A DNA stretch of 62,861 bases, the filler included, from Hausera hauseri (lineage: Eukaryota), in the NCBI GenBank assembly GCA_046269625.1. It is 11 parts of 11 records of this genome, joined end to end, with 100 filler letters (N's around TTAATTAATTAA, not from the genome) between each part and the next. Parts side by side here need not be neighbours in the genome. Positions count along the whole stretch, not along the records: positions 23,438 to 28,957 come from JBJURY010237517.1; positions 29,058 to 34,944 come from JBJURY010174194.1; positions 35,045 to 43,082 come from JBJURY010805420.1; 8 more parts are not named here. The stretch is one strand, 5' to 3'. This document shows positions 23,438 to 37,479 of the stretch, piece after piece. Within the stretch, counting starts at the first letter, position 1, and each line of letters starts with the position of its first letter. The translations under genes and the position numbers were made by a program. The notes under the pieces were generated by a model. That model saw nothing but the letters and a program-made list of their open reading frames with translations. It was not told the DNA's origin and made no database searches.

Positions 23438-23660
23438 TGGAAATCTGAGGCAGACAGACTTGCAGTTCAGCAACTACCTGCAGGCTTATGAAACCGGTAG
23501 CAGCATCATGGTGGACCAGGAGCGAATTGGCAGTAAAAAGCACCAGTTGATGACAATCAGTTCGAAAAAGGAAGCACTCGACCCGTTTGACGACAAACGA
23601 CATTGGATAGAGAAAAACCGGAGTGTTGCATATGGATATTATTGTATGTGTTCTATGTAA
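23438..23660 (+). pseudogene. pPolB C-terminus (Maverick copy A)
   Basis: QERIGSKKHQLMT...ALDPFDDKRHW...SVAYG. Confidence 0.88.
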
Positions 23661-23699
23661 ATATTTTGAATAAAAGTTTTAAATATCATTTTTTGGCTT

Positions 23700-24219
23700 T
23701 GTTCTAGGGATTGTAATAGTAAAACCACGATGAGGCCAAATTGCTGGGGAGGCATAATGAAAGCAGGACGAGGCCAAATAGCTTTGGGGGGTTGGGAATA
23801 TTGAAACCCAATCTGCGCCATCTTTGTTCACTACCGAAATTAAAACAAACTTTGCCTCAAACTGACCAATCAGATTACACCATAATGGATGGGAATAGTG
23901 AAACCTAATCTGCACCACAAATTCCTTTGTTCTCTACAGAAATTAAAACAAATTTTGCCTATAACCGACCAATCAGATTGGACCAAGTGGGGTGGGAATA
24001 GTGAAACCCAATGTGCTACAAAAATTCCTTTGTTCACTACAGAAAATTTTTCCTGACCGCCCGATGACGTGTCCTACTCCCATTGACCTGTTTTCCTTTC
24101 CCCGATTACGTGTCCTACTCCCATTGGCCAGTTTTCCTTTCCTCGATGACGTGTTCTCTCATTGGCTTTCTTCCTTCCCTGGGGGGGGGATTGGGGCAAA
24201 AATGCCACATTTACCTACT
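23700..24219. repeat. Maverick terminal (TIR-like) region with internal subrepeats, ending ...TTACCTACT
   Basis: Repeated GGGAATAGTGAAACC and CGTGTCCTACTCCCATT; AGTAG terminus on the minus strand. Confidence 0.7.
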
Positions 24220-25739
24220 TCAACTGTCTGTTATATTATATGTTGGTATATATGAAGCTTGACGTATACTTGTTAAGTGATGTCTTTGAACGGTTTAGAA
24301 AAGCGGTTTAATTGCAGGATGGTTTAGAAGCCGTTAACATTGTCTCAATTCCAGGTATAAGTTGGGCAACAGCAATGAAAACCAGTCCTTGTAAGATTGA
24401 GCTTATCCAGGATCCTGAGATGTATCAGTTCTTTGAGTCGGGTATTTGCGGTGGCATGACTTTTGTAAATAAGCATAGGGTTGTAACAAATGAAAGCACC
24501 AGTCTCTTGTATACAGCCGTAAATAATTTATACGGATGGGCTTTACCACAACCACTGTCATTTGCGAATTTCACTTGGATTTACGATGATGATAAATTAA
24601 ATAGTCTGATTGAAAATTGCCATATATTGACTATATGAGGGAAAAACGTGGCTTAGTCTTTGAAGTGAACTTAAGCATTCCTGCTGAGAAACATGATAAG
24701 TTGGACCAACTGCCTCTAGCCCCAATCAACCAATGTCCACCAGGTTCAAAAGTAAAGAACTTGTTGGTTACACATGAGCGTAAGTCCAACTATGTTGTTC
24801 ACTATCGTCTTTTACAGTTGTACATCGAGTTAGGCGCTGTAGTTGAAAAGGTGCATCGGGCTGTTGAGTTTGACCAGGGATATGTTGTTAAGGATTACAT
24901 TGATCTAAACATTGCTAAAAGGGCTGCAGCAAAAATCCTTTTGAAAAAGACTTAAGCTCAAGTACAATAACTGATATGGTAAAACAGTCGAAAACCACTT
25001 AAAAAGTCCAACTTAAGATTGTGTAATAATGCTAAAAAGCTTGTTACATATGGTAGTGAGGCCCAGTTTAAAGGTACTATTATAATAGCTGATGGTCTTG
25101 TTTCCGTTCTTCTCGATAAGGACATTGTGACATTAGACAGACCCTTATACATTGGTCACGCTGTACTTGATCTTTCCAAGTTGAGAATATATGAACTGAA
25201 TTACATAGAGTTGCAATCATATATGCATCAGTTGGATTGTGAACTTAATATTGTTGCTGGTGACATTGATAGTTTCTTTCTTGAGTGTCGTGGTGTAGAT
25301 TTGAGAACACAGCTCTTACCGGCAATAATTGCAAACGAGCAGTTGGACACTTCTGACTATGATGCTACAGACCCTCTTTATTCTACCCGTTTCGCTTTGG
25401 TAATTGGCAAATTTAAGGATGAAAGTAAGGGTAGTGCAGAATACGAAGAAGCCATTTTCCTAAGATAAAATCATGTGCCCTTAAAACCCAAATCAAACCA
25501 GTGTTGAAATGCAAGATATCATTCTGAATCAAACGGATTTGCACTTTGATAACTACTTGCAAACATATGAGAATGGATGTGGGACAACTGTTGATCAAGA
25601 ACGAATTCGGACCAAAAACCATCAACTAATGACGATCAGTAGCAAAAAGAAAGCCCTAGATCCATTCGACGACAAACGACACTGGATATCGAAAAACAAA
25701 AGTGTCGCCTATGGACATTACTGCATTGTAAATATTTGA
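24220..25739 (+). pseudogene. pPolB C-terminal half (Maverick copy B)
   Basis: KLDVYLLSDVFE, GGMTFVNKH, NNLYGWAL, AGDIDSFF, GKFKDE, DPFDDKRHW. Confidence 0.92.
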
Positions 25740-25859
25740 TTGTTTGTTATATTAATAAATATTTGTACAGACTTCTTTGTCTTATGTTTTGTCATAGTGT
25801 ACATTTTGACAAATTTTCATTCACAAGTGACACAGGCGTATTTATATCAACTTTACAAA

Positions 25860-26045
25860 GTTAAAACAAATTGGGGATGGGAATAGTGAAACCCCGGTTG
25901 GGCCAATCAATACCATAAAAAGTATTGATTTCCAAAATTTTCCCTTATTAAATCATTGATTATTGAATATTGATTTCCAATATTGGGGGGCGGGGTCTCG
26001 AGATAGGAAAATTATATTGGCCCAGTGTCCTCCCTTCCCCCTACT
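25860..26045. repeat. Maverick terminal region, ending ...CCCCCTACT
   Basis: Shares GGGAATAGTGAAACC with copy A; AGTAG terminus. Confidence 0.6.
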
Positions 26046-26124
26046 CAACTATCAATAAAAAGGTAATCTCACAACATCCAATAGAAATTGATTAAACAAA
26101 TGATTTTTTCAAAAACATATTCAC

Positions 26125-28915
26125 CACTGCAAAGTGCAATATTATGTACTTGCAGAATTTAAAAATCTGCAGGGTGATAGGAAACAATGTTATCTGTCAC
26201 ATCGAGCCGTACCATACGCTAAGGATTTTATTGCCGATGTAGGCGAAAAGCTTGACAAAAAATTGCCAACTACACCAAAAAGGACAGTGGTTGGCGAATT
26301 GTAAAGATTGTCATTCTCAGCTTTATTCTGACCAAGACGAGTGGCATAATTTATCTGTTTGGACGTTCATTCATACAAACACCTGCATCCTTGAAGCAGT
26401 TTCTGGCGGTAGTGAATGTACAAAATACTAACGAAGAATACTGCTTTATTTACAGCATTCTGGCAATATTAAAATATGATCAAGTGTGCAGACATTAAGC
26501 AAATTGTTCAAAGCAGTACAGTAAGTATTTCTCAGAATTGGACCATGAGTGTTGGATGCCGATGAAACTCAAAACCATTCCGGCTTTTGAATGGCGTAAT
26601 CCGTCACTGGCAATCAATATGTTGCGGTTCAACACAATCGTAGAGATACTGGTGGATGAGAAAATTTACAAGAATCCTCACTTGGACATAATTTACTGCA
26701 GTAGAAATCCAATTGGACGCCCAGTAAATTTGTTCCTGTTGGAGAATGAATAAAAGTTTCGTTACACGGTCGTGACTAATTTGGACAGATTTTTGAACAT
26801 GGCGCATGACCAGTTCATCAAAAAGCGTATACAGTGCAAATGATGTCCCGTGTGTCTGCATGAATTCCAGTCAAATGAGACATGGGAAAAATATGTGGCG
26901 CTGTGCAGGCAAACTTCGTCAGGAATCATGTATGTTATGCCAGTCAAAAAGGAGTTTAGATTCAGTGACTGGTCAAAAACGGACAGTCGTGCATATGTGC
27001 CGTATGCTGATATTGAAGCAATTTTACCACGGCACAATGTATACGATCAAAAGCGCGTTCCGATTTCTGTCAGTATGTTGCTTGTACCAATAAAATCCTC
27101 CGGACAACGGCAGTGTTACGTTTCCCATAGTTGGAACTGTGTACGTGATTTCCTGCAGCAGTTGAAAATTATAGTGGAAACGGAAATCGTGCTGTGGTAT
27201 CGCAACAATTGCAATAGGCCATTGATATGGACTGACGAATATCAACCGTTGCTTTTCGCTGTCACCGATGAATGTTATCTGTGCCACAAAATAATACCGT
27301 TTAATAAACAGGAACGGCTCTTACCGGATCACGACCATTTCACATGTCGATACTTGGGAGCAGTATGCAATTCATGCAATTTAGCAAGGCGAGTGCGTCC
27401 ATTCCTCCCGGTGATCTTTCATAATTTAAGGGAGATTATTACTGTCACCATATTCTAAATGGGCCATTAACGGCTTTCCGCACTGGGTACTGTCTATAAT
27501 CCCAACGACAATGGAAAAATACCTATCGCTGTTGGCACAAGTAAACAGATTCCAGGTACGCTTCATTGATTCATTGCAATTTCTCAATGAATCATTGACA
27601 AAGGTGGTAAATGCCTTACCAAATGTGCCAAAGCACAAGAATCTTGGGCAGAACTGGGCTGTAAAAAATGTTGGATTAGATGCTCCAGTATCTTAAACTG
27701 GACGTGTATTTATTAGCCGACGTATTCGAAGCATTTCGGACCAAAGCGCTGGTGGAAGATAGGTGGGAGCCACTCAACTTTTATTCTATACCGAGAATGA
27801 GTAGATGTCAGCTCTAATGTTGCTGGATCGAGACACTGAGCTGCTACAAGATCCGAAAATGTACAGAATGTTTGATGTTGATATTGGCGGTGGCATGACA
27901 TTTGTCAACAAGAATCAGGTCANNNNNNNNNNAGGTCAGTACTACCGATGCCACATCAGTGCTGTATATTGATATTAATAACCTGTACGGCTGTGCGCGT
28001 TCGCAACCTTTGCCATACGGTTCAGTTGAATGGGTAGTCGATAGACAAAATCTGGACGACATAGTGGTAAATCCGCCACGAGCAGATATTTCAGGCTCAT
28101 TCGGATACCTGATGGAGGTCAATCTCGAGATACCAGATGATCTGCATGACGTTTTTGACGATTTACCGGTCGCACCATTTAACCAATGTCCGTCAGGCTC
28201 AAAAGTGAAGAAACTGCTTATGACGCATGGACCGAAGCTGAATTACGTTGTCCATTGGCGTCTGCTACAGTTCTACATGCAGCTCGGTATTTGCGTCCCA
28301 CAGCCGCATTGTGCAATCCGATTTACTCAAGCTGCCATATTCAAGGCGTACATAGGTGGAAATTCGGTGAAACGAGCCGCAGCTTGTACAAAGTTTGGAA
28401 AGGACTACTACAACCTGAAAAACAATTCCCTGTATGGAAAAACAGTTGCGAATCTGAAAAAGTGGCCCAGTGTGCACCTATGTAACTCGAAAAAGCGGCT
28501 GGTTACGTATAACAGCAAGGCACAGTTTCGGTGGTCAATGTACATTGCTGATGAATTGGTTGCTGTGCTGTTAAACAAGGAAGAAGTCGTTCTGGACCGA
28601 CCAAGATACATCGGACAAGGGGTATTGGATCTGAGCAAGTTGCGGACATATGAGCTGCAGCATCGCGATTTTGCACGTTATCGGCAAATGTTCGGCCGCG
28701 GATGCAAGATCTATATAATTGCCGGTGACACGGATAGCTTTTTTTGGAACTGAAAAACATCATTCTCGAACAACTACTGCGGAAAATGGTGGACGACATA
28801 TTACTGAACACGTCCAATTACCCACAGAATCATCCATTGTACAGCAACGCTGCCACAATCAAAATCGGCTGCTTCAAGGATGAAAGTGAAGGTTGGGTTC
28901 AGTATCTGAAATGGG
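26125..28915 (+). pseudogene. pPolB (Maverick copy C), closely related to 167-3737
   Basis: Colinear nucleotide similarity to contig 1; CYLC...DHDH...CNSCN, YIDINNLYG, KNNSLYGK, AGDTDSF; internal deletion near 27630. Confidence 0.93.
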
Positions 28916-29234
28916 TAAGTAGATGGATAGGAGTGCACCACGCCAAGCCCCCCCCCCNNNNNNNNNNNNNNNNNNNNNNNNNNNNNNNNNNNNNNNNNNN
29001 NTTAATTAATTAANNNNNNNNNNNNNNNNNNNNNNNNNNNNNNNNNNNNNNNNNNNNACGTTTATACAAATATTTTTCATTATTTCCATGCTACAAATTT
29101 ATCTCATTCACCCTAGGCAAACATGCATAAAACTTCATAAATAATATTATACACATAATTTTTACAATATTCGTGACATTAAACTAAATTTGTTATTTGT
29201 GCATCCTATTCTATTCTAAATTAAGTTTCGCGGA

Positions 29235-32200
29235 ATGGATCAGATGAAGTTTCCAGGTAACCTTGAAAAATTTAATTATTAATAACCTTTATTTGATAAA
29301 AGTGATTGTTTAAATAATTGGTATTTTTTAAGAAAATGTTCAATGAAATCTCTTACGAAAATCCACTGAATTCTCTGGAAAATCAACTAACTAAGGAAAG
29401 ATTATTTCCAACATTGATCGATCAGTTACACATCCAATCAAGTACTATTTGATATTTAGTAAATCAGAGCCAGTCTCTAATTAGATCATCTCACTGTCAG
29501 CGGATTGAAGGACAGCGACTATCCATGTTTGAATGATGTCATTGACAGCAATATTAAAGTTGTCAAGACATCTGCACTACCATTGCATTTACAGGAACGG
29601 ACAAAAGGTGAAAACATTTTTTCCAAATTGTTATTGATGAAAACGTAGAAATGAAACAAAATTGTCTCATGGGCGTTTTCCCCGATATTGATCGAATTTG
29701 GTTGACAGTTGACTCGAATTTATATTCATGGAATTACGAGACAGGGTAACATACGTCGATTTTTCCCATCCCGATTACTTCGTGTCAGGTCCGATCCGGA
29801 ATTTTACGACGACTTCTCCGATGTTATCACGGCGGTCGGGTTTATCACTCCTCCTGCCGGTCTGTTTCATCCGCATATCAATTATCTGCTGTGCATTTCT
29901 GGTCAGGTGGAGATTGTCGTTTTGGGTGCCTCGGTCAGCGGATTACGGAATGGGACATTTGAGGTGATTCGGGAACCCCTATTTCGGATTTCGACGGATA
30001 ATGAACAGATTACTGTGATAGAGGATGTGAATGGACGGTAAGACTCGGGATTTCTTGGTTTAAACATCACGATTATATCCAAAGGATTATAATCGGTACA
30101 AAATCTGGCAGCGTATTGGAAATTGCCTATTGGTCAGAGAAACCATCGTGGTTCAGATTAAGTCGACCGGCGCTGAGTTGCAGTGACAAATATTGTTTCA
30201 GTAATGAATCAAAGGTTTATGCGAAATTGATCAATCATTCGTCATGGAAATTATCGGTATTATTGCCGGCTATGATTGTCAATGGATTTATGTTCAACGC
30301 CGAGTCAATTACACAAATAGCAACGGATGCCAGTCGAAATCTGATCTACAGTCGATCAGAGAATTCACTTATAGTCCAATATGAGCTGCAGTCCGGACAG
30401 ACGATCCGCAAATTAGCATACGTCACGGAGGATTATCTAGTGGGCAAAGCATCACGACTCGTTAAATCTGTCGACAAAAGTCAATTCCGCAACATCATCC
30501 AATTATGTCCACTGAATGCCGGTTACGGACCGCTGCAATTGATAGCCGTAACACAGAGCGGTGTCCGATTGTATTTCACCGACGGACTACAACTCAGTCA
30601 CATTCGAATGCCCCCTGCCAGTCCTTTGGCGACATTCGGTAAAATTAACAACGTTCGTTTGTGTTGTGAAAGCCGGAATTCTATTCTGATGATCTGCGGT
30701 ACGACAATCGACAGTCAGGCACTCTACACGATTTCCCCGGATTCGTTCTTCGTCCAGGATCTTGTCGAGACTGTCTCAGTGACATGGGCAAGCAACGGCA
30801 GTTGGGTGTTACTGCCGTTAGATAAGCCATCCAATGTCGGCAGTCAATCGGTCATACAGACACAGCACATTGAGCCGTCTCGACGATTTATCATGGTTTC
30901 TGTCGACAATATCGTCATGTTGGAATTACCATCTCCAATTCAACATTTCCGATCGATAATCGAACAGAATTCGTCGCCGTCATGTAGTGACATTCGTGCA
31001 TGGGTAGCACATTTTGGTGCCGAGGAAACGATCTATGCGGCAATGGTTGTTGCCAGTGACAAACGTAATGGATACGTGGCCAATAAGGCCGTCGATACGG
31101 CGATGTTCTATTTGAATGAGGCAGTGAAGAACCGGACAAGTAATGCCGCAATGGGCACATCAATGACGAATCCGTTGCACGATGTATTGTGCATGTATAC
31201 GGCACGGATATTGCGTCCGTTGTGGGATAAATCAATTGCTGATCAATCGCGACATCATTGTCCGTCATCGGATGAGTCACAACCGGTATTGATTAGTGCA
31301 CATGAGCATGACTCATTGGGATGGTATTTGCATCAATTGGTGTATTTGCATGATTTCATTCGGGATAATTATTCACGAATAAAGGCAATTGATGGATTGC
31401 GGTTGCCGGGCACATGTACGAATTTGTCATTGGAATTGATGGAATTGTTGAAAATGACGATTGAAATTGTCGGTTTGTGGAGCATCGTTACTGAACATGC
31501 TGATCATGAAATATTACGACGATTGCCGCAGGAAATCCAGGCGGAGGTTTTGCGGTGCACGGTGAAACAGTTGCTGTTGCCGACAAAACGACCGGTTTTG
31601 GTAGCGGTCATTTCGGCATTGCTGGAGCATTATTTGGTCGATGGCAGCAGCACTGAGGCTATTGTGAGGGCGCTGCATAGCATTTGTCCGTCGATATACC
31701 GTCGTGAGGATGTTTTGTGTTCGCAGGCCAATGAATTGCTTGTGCGAGTTGATAGTATGCCATTGGATAATGATCCGGATCGGGATCGGGATCGGGATCG
31801 ATTATTGATTGAGGCTGTCCGATTGTATGAGCAGGTTGGCTCGTCATTGGATGTGCGCAGTGTCGCTCATCGTTTGCGTACTGTCGGTTGTGCGTGGGGT
31901 GCCGTTCATTTGTGTCTCCATGTTGCCCATGCGCGGGATCCCGATGGACTGGCCTTCGTCTGTTTGCGGGAAAATCGACGACCGCATACTGCCGCAGAAA
32001 TTACCGCAGTCGAGGGTAGAACAGATGCGTACAAATTTATGTTGGAATGTTTGAATAGTGTTGTTGAGCATGTTCGCCAGATTCCATTTCCTGCAATGAT
32101 GCCGGATTCGTCACAGCAATTGTTCGGTAGTTCCGATGTTCGCAGTAGCGAATTACTCGTCATTTTACGTGCGGTGTTTGATCAGCGAGATGACGTTATG

Positions 32201-33235
32201 GCCCATTATGAAGTGTATTCATGGATGATTGACAACGGTTTGGCAGACGAGATTCTCGCCTTCCCCAGTGATAACCTCGAATCGTTTTTACAAAGGCGAT
32301 TACTTGAAGAACCAACTCATGTACGACTGAAGGAACTGTTGTGGCGGCATTATGAAGCAATTGGTAGACAATTGGATGCTGCTCGAGTGTTGGATGACAT
32401 GGCTGTTGGTGAATGTGCTGAATTTGGGCTTGACGAGCGGTTGGAATGTCTGAGTAGGGCGATTGTCTTTGTAAAAGGGGCGTTGGGGAACGAGGCACTA
32501 GCAGCTGAGACGGACTATGTCAAGGAACTTGAGGATAAGGTGGCAATTGCCCAATTACAGAAACAAATCATTGAAGAAGCTGGCCCATCTCGACCTTCCA
32601 TTGCTGCAGAATTAAATAGTCGTTTACATCCGGTATGCACGTTGTTGACAGAATTCGCTGATCCCTGTGGACTGGTTGTGAGCAAATTACTGATTTTGAA
32701 AGTCGGTGGTCACGTCAACAAGGACAACATACGCCTCATCTGGGAGGAATTCCTTGAACGGGAAATGGACCGACAGTCTGATGTGTCTAATTTAATAACA
32801 AAACAAGTCGGGTTGAAACATGCCGTAACGGCCGTTGTGCAGAGATTCAAGGACAGTCCGGCATTCCTACCACTGGATGTTGTCGTGCATCATTTGGAGG
32901 AATACTGCAGCAGATTTTCATTCCCTGACGACTGGGTTGTCATACTGATGCAAGAAGCTGATGTACCACCAAATGACGTCTTATCTGCCTATTGTGACCT
33001 TGTCCGTGGACGTAACTATAAACGAAACATGCATCGTGTATTCACGTCAGTCGGCTGCGTTGTGGATTGGATTCTCCATTTGGCTCCTCCTCGTGACAGA
33101 CTTATCAATTACAATCTCTGTCTCGATCTCGTTACGATGAGTCTCAGTCATTTGCAGAGTAGAGGAGATGCAGCATCGTCTGTCATTGTGGGGAAATTGG
33201 CAGCATGTAAATCGTTGTTGGAGAAGCGATTTTGA
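29235..33235 (+). CDS. NUP155: Nucleoporin Nup155/Nup170, multi-exon (introns include 29608-29648, 29746-29788, 30038-30084)
   Basis: MGVFPDIDRIWLTVDSNLYSWNYE, LIAVTQSGVRLYF, ARILRPLW, ELLWRHYE, LDERLECLSRAI, ELEDKVAIAQLQ; 5' exons inferred. Confidence 0.92.
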
Positions 33236-33464
33236 TTAATATTAATAAAATTTCCATGTTTTATTTTCCAATATTTAACAATTTTCTGAATCCTATTCGA
33301 AAATGATTGAAAAAACAAATGACTTATTGTGAACATTGTTCAACATCAATTCCAAGCGAATTTGTGAATGTTCAGAACTTTAAAAGTGATTGAAAACTTC
33401 ATTTACTTATTATTAAAGAAAGAACAACGAATATGAATAAAGTTCAACGAGTTGTGAACACTGA

Positions 33465-34097
33465 TCAGGAGCATTTCCAAACGAGTATGGCAATGTTCCC
33501 ACCAAAATACATGTACATCATACACTTTTTATCGTATGTCACTTCAAAACCATAGGCTTGTCCAATGACTACTTGCCAGCCATAGCCGCATTTTTGATCG
33601 AGTGTTTCCTTTACTAGTTTCGCAGCAACCTTTAAAAAATGAAAATATCATTAATACTGAATTCATAAAATTAAAATGTTTGTTATGCGATACTCGGTAC
33701 TTATGTTGTTTGTTTGCTTCTGAAATTATCACGGTTTGATTATATATGAATCGAGATAAAATGTAACCTCGTTGTTATCATTGAATTTTTCACAAGCTGT
33801 CTGGCATGTTTCGGCACACTCCATTCTCGTTTCTTCATTCATATCACAGAACTAAAATAAAATTACGTCCACAAACTAATTTAAAAGCACATCGGTTTAT
33901 TACACCACAAAAGCAAACAAAATTTCATTAAAAATAATCACTTGACTAGTTTCCAATCTGTCAACCATTTTAGCCAAAATCAAATTATTTACACACCTTA
34001 CAAAGAAATTCAAAAAAGTCAAATTTACCCGAATCAATGGGTATGAAAGAACGGCCTTTTCTTCTTTACCTTCTTCTTTCTTCTCCTCTTCTTCCAT
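33465..34097 (-). CDS. DNAL4: Dynein axonemal light chain 4 (exons 34097-34029, 33851-33768, 33629-33465)
   Basis: Spliced product ...YPLIRFCDMNEETRMECAETCQTACEKFNDNNEVAAKLVKETLDQKCGYGWQVVIGQAYGFEVTY...YFGGNIAILVWKCS. Confidence 0.9.
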
Positions 34098-34488
34098 TTC
34101 AGATTATTAAATCAACATTAATTGATGAAATTCAATTATCAATAATTATGAATGCCGTTAAATACTAAGTATAATTTCATTACATTTTGACAATTTTCAT
34201 TTTATATTATGCAATTAAATAATTCTGTTTCAAATCCTTCCAAAACAAACTACTTATTATTAATCAGTAGACGATTTACAAGAAATAGATAAAAAAAAAG
34301 CAGAGAAAAGAACACAACACATTTATGCATCAAATTTATGTATTTCAAAACAAAAGTATAAAAAACTAAATTGAAACATTTCGAATTGATAAAAACTGAA
34401 GGGTAAAATGTCTGATATGGAAAATTCTATTATATTACTCGAGCAGTTATCAATCACCATAAAAAACTGCTGCAGTTTAACTCAAATA

Positions 34489-34944
34489 TTAGAACTGACC
34501 CTGCTTCTTTAACTCTGATAATGCTTTCCTTATCTGAAGTATAACGAAACATATCGGAATCTAAAATATATTCAATACCTGAAACGAAACAACACTGCTG
34601 CTATCGTCTTCCAACATTTCGAATAACTTTCCTACAAGTCTCCCATCATTGAGCTGCATCGTGGCCTTTATCATAACGCAGGACCAATTTATTTATGCAA
34701 CCATATTAATGAATTACCAATGACATTACTGCAGCTATTTTAATCCCTTCATCACTTGATTCCAACTGTCTAAATTATTTACTAAGTTAATCTTCGATAA
34801 CAACCGACTTGATAATCCTCTCGATAATCTTCTCCCGTTTCACGGTATGTAAAATGTACTTTGCTGCTGATTTTCGAACCATCTCTGAAGGATCTCTCCA
34901 TAAGCACTTCTCCAAAGTTTTACGAATGATCTTCTTATCAATAT
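34489..34944 (-). CDS. 3' end of an intron-containing host gene, HEAT-repeat-like
   Basis: LWRDPSEMVRKSAA, LESSDEGIKIAAVMSL, LFEMLEDDSSSV; short GT-AG introns. Confidence 0.5.
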
Positions 34945-35499
34945 NNNNNNNNNNNNNNNNNNNNNNNNNNNNNNNNNNNNNNNNNNNNTTAATTAATTAA
35001 NNNNNNNNNNNNNNNNNNNNNNNNNNNNNNNNNNNNNNNNNNNNAGTATCAAGCAAACCCATCTTCCCCTTCAGCAAAGTGAAAGTTCTGCTATGTTTAA
35101 ATCCTCTGTACTATCTACCTTGTTCATGTTCCCCTTAAACCATACATGCTTGGAACCCCTGCTGTGACCCTTTCTATAATTGACCCATGTGGGAAAACGA
35201 AAGCCGGCTATGCTGATGCTCCTGATGGAGGATAAAGCTCCTCGTCTTGTAAACAACCACGGGCCCCAGAAAAACAACTTTGTGTTGCATCTGTCTCAAA
35301 TACCCCCCTCCTGGGAAGAGGAATCTTCATACGTGTGTAGTGAAGGATGCTGCCAGACGAGAAAAAAGAGGGAAAAGAGAGGAGTGGAAGGAAAAGAAAG
35401 ACCATTTCGGGGAAAGAGGAAGAAGGAAGCATCTAAGGAAAGAATTTCGGTTGAAAAATTAATGTTGACAAGATCGAGAAGGAAATATTCTTAACAACA

Positions 35500-35715
35500 A
35501 GACGAGACGATGTTTTAGAAAAGAAATATTAAAAAATCACTGGAAGAAGGAGGCCTCAATGCAATTGATTTGGACTTGGTAAACGGTTGCTTAAAACTTT
35601 GATGGTTACAAAACTTTCTGAAACATTACGAGAGCTTTTGGTTTAGCCTCCCTGCTAGAATCTTTTTAGACTTTGGTGGGGTAGAATTCCTTTTAAAAAT
35701 GTGACTTTGAAATTA
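35500..35715 (+). mobile_element. Tx1/L1-type LINE ORF2 fragment
   Basis: LKKSLEEGGLNAIDLDLVNGCLKL*WLQNFL...FWFSLPARIF..FGGVEFLL. Confidence 0.65.
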
Positions 35716-37479
35716 ACCATTTTTTTCTGACAGGTTAAATAAGTGAAATTATTGCTGTTAATTTGTGACAGTAATTTTACCCCATAAATTCCATAAACAT
35801 TCATTCACAAGGATTCCAGCTAAGTTTTCAGCAAAAATAATTTAGGAAAGCCATAAAAGTATTAGTTATTTTCTTTAACCAAAAGCAAAAATTCCAAAAC
35901 ATTTGCTGAAAATTTTGAGGTTTGAGACATATGTAATCCGTTTATGTATGTTGGCAAAAACATTATGACGAATACCCATTGCAATAATGTACTATTCTGA
36001 TTTCATATGTATGACAATTCTTAAAGGAGACTTTTTTCTTGAAATAGTCAATAGTCAATCTATTGGATTACGTTCCAGTGATCTAGGTGGATAACGATTT
36101 TTATTAACATGCATTACAGTTCAACTGAAAATTTTATATCCACATTCTTTGAAGGATTTTTCAAAGTGCTGCGTTTTAATTTTGGTTTCAAAATGATGGT
36201 TCGGGAACTACTTTACTGATAATACAAAAATCGTTGGATAATTTGTGAGCTGCCTCGGACAAACAACTTGTCCCATCTGATCGACAAAATATTTATGCTA
36301 ATCATAATCGGATAAAATTTTCGTACATAACATTTTTTGATAATTTAATTTATTATATTTCATGCTTAACTTATTTAACACGTACAATAAACATTTGACA
36401 TTATCCGCTTTTTGTTTATATGTTCCACAGTCTATTTCGTCAGAAACAGTCGTATCTAAGCAAATGAAACATACATTACATTGGTTACCATTTCCTATGT
36501 ATATTTCTAATTTCATGTGATAATATTGGAAGTAGAGTATACTATATAATTGTTTGTGTAAATTTATAGAAAGTTCTAGAAGATATTAATAATTATAATG
36601 TTTGGAATGTCAACTTTAAAATTATTTACAGATAACTTATAATCGTCCTGAATCTCACTTGGTTTCTTGTCGCTCATAATTCAAACTTTGCTTATTATTT
36701 ATCTTTTCTGCTCCATTACTGCCCTAGTGTCTCGTCAATATTTTCGTAGATCTTCGCGGCTAAAGATCTCTGAAAACTGAAGATCGATATATTAGCTGTA
36801 TTGTCATTGAAATTTTAGCTACTCAACTTATTTCAACAATATCCGACAATAAGATAATATATCGTTAAATATTTAATATATATATGGGCATTTTCTAAAA
36901 AAAATTCACGGGCTCTTTGTATGAACAAATTTCAATAATCCAGTATTGAATTGTTGTAAAAATACTCTAGAAGTATGTAGTGGTTCAAAAACAATTCATA
37001 AAATGATCAGAACATTTTAAATACTCCATCACAAAGAACTTAATTTTACAGCAAATCACATGGTTCAGATAACAGATTGCTCAGAATTTAAATATGCAAA
37101 TTATTTTAGCTGTTATCCTGAAATTTGAGTTTTAAGTTTGTGTAATATAAGTACTTCTTAAATAAGTGATTCCCCAACATGCCAGATTAATGAAACTAAT
37201 TTTCAAACGCTAATAACAGTTCATAAACCACGTCCATAGATCGGTAGAATTATTTCTTTAGCTCTATTACATAGATACATAATTATTTATGAGAAGTATA
37301 ATTCCAATGGCTTAGGAGCTCAGTAAGAGAATGGGTTAAGGCTTTTTGTACCGCGAAAAATTCGCTTTGTAGTTATGACTTTTCCTCAATTTTTTTCTTA
37401 TTGTAAAATTTTGGCTATTTTCAATTTATTTTTCTGGAATATTATTTTGAAAACTGTTTATTTAACTGATTTATAACAG

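Noticed and set aside
1-28915. Alternative genetic code or programmed recoding explaining the broken viral ORFs
   Set aside because: All three stop types and indels occur at different positions in homologous copies, which indicates neutral decay
31771-31802. (GATCGG)n repeat
   Set aside because: In-frame coding microsatellite (DPDRDRDRDR) within Nup155
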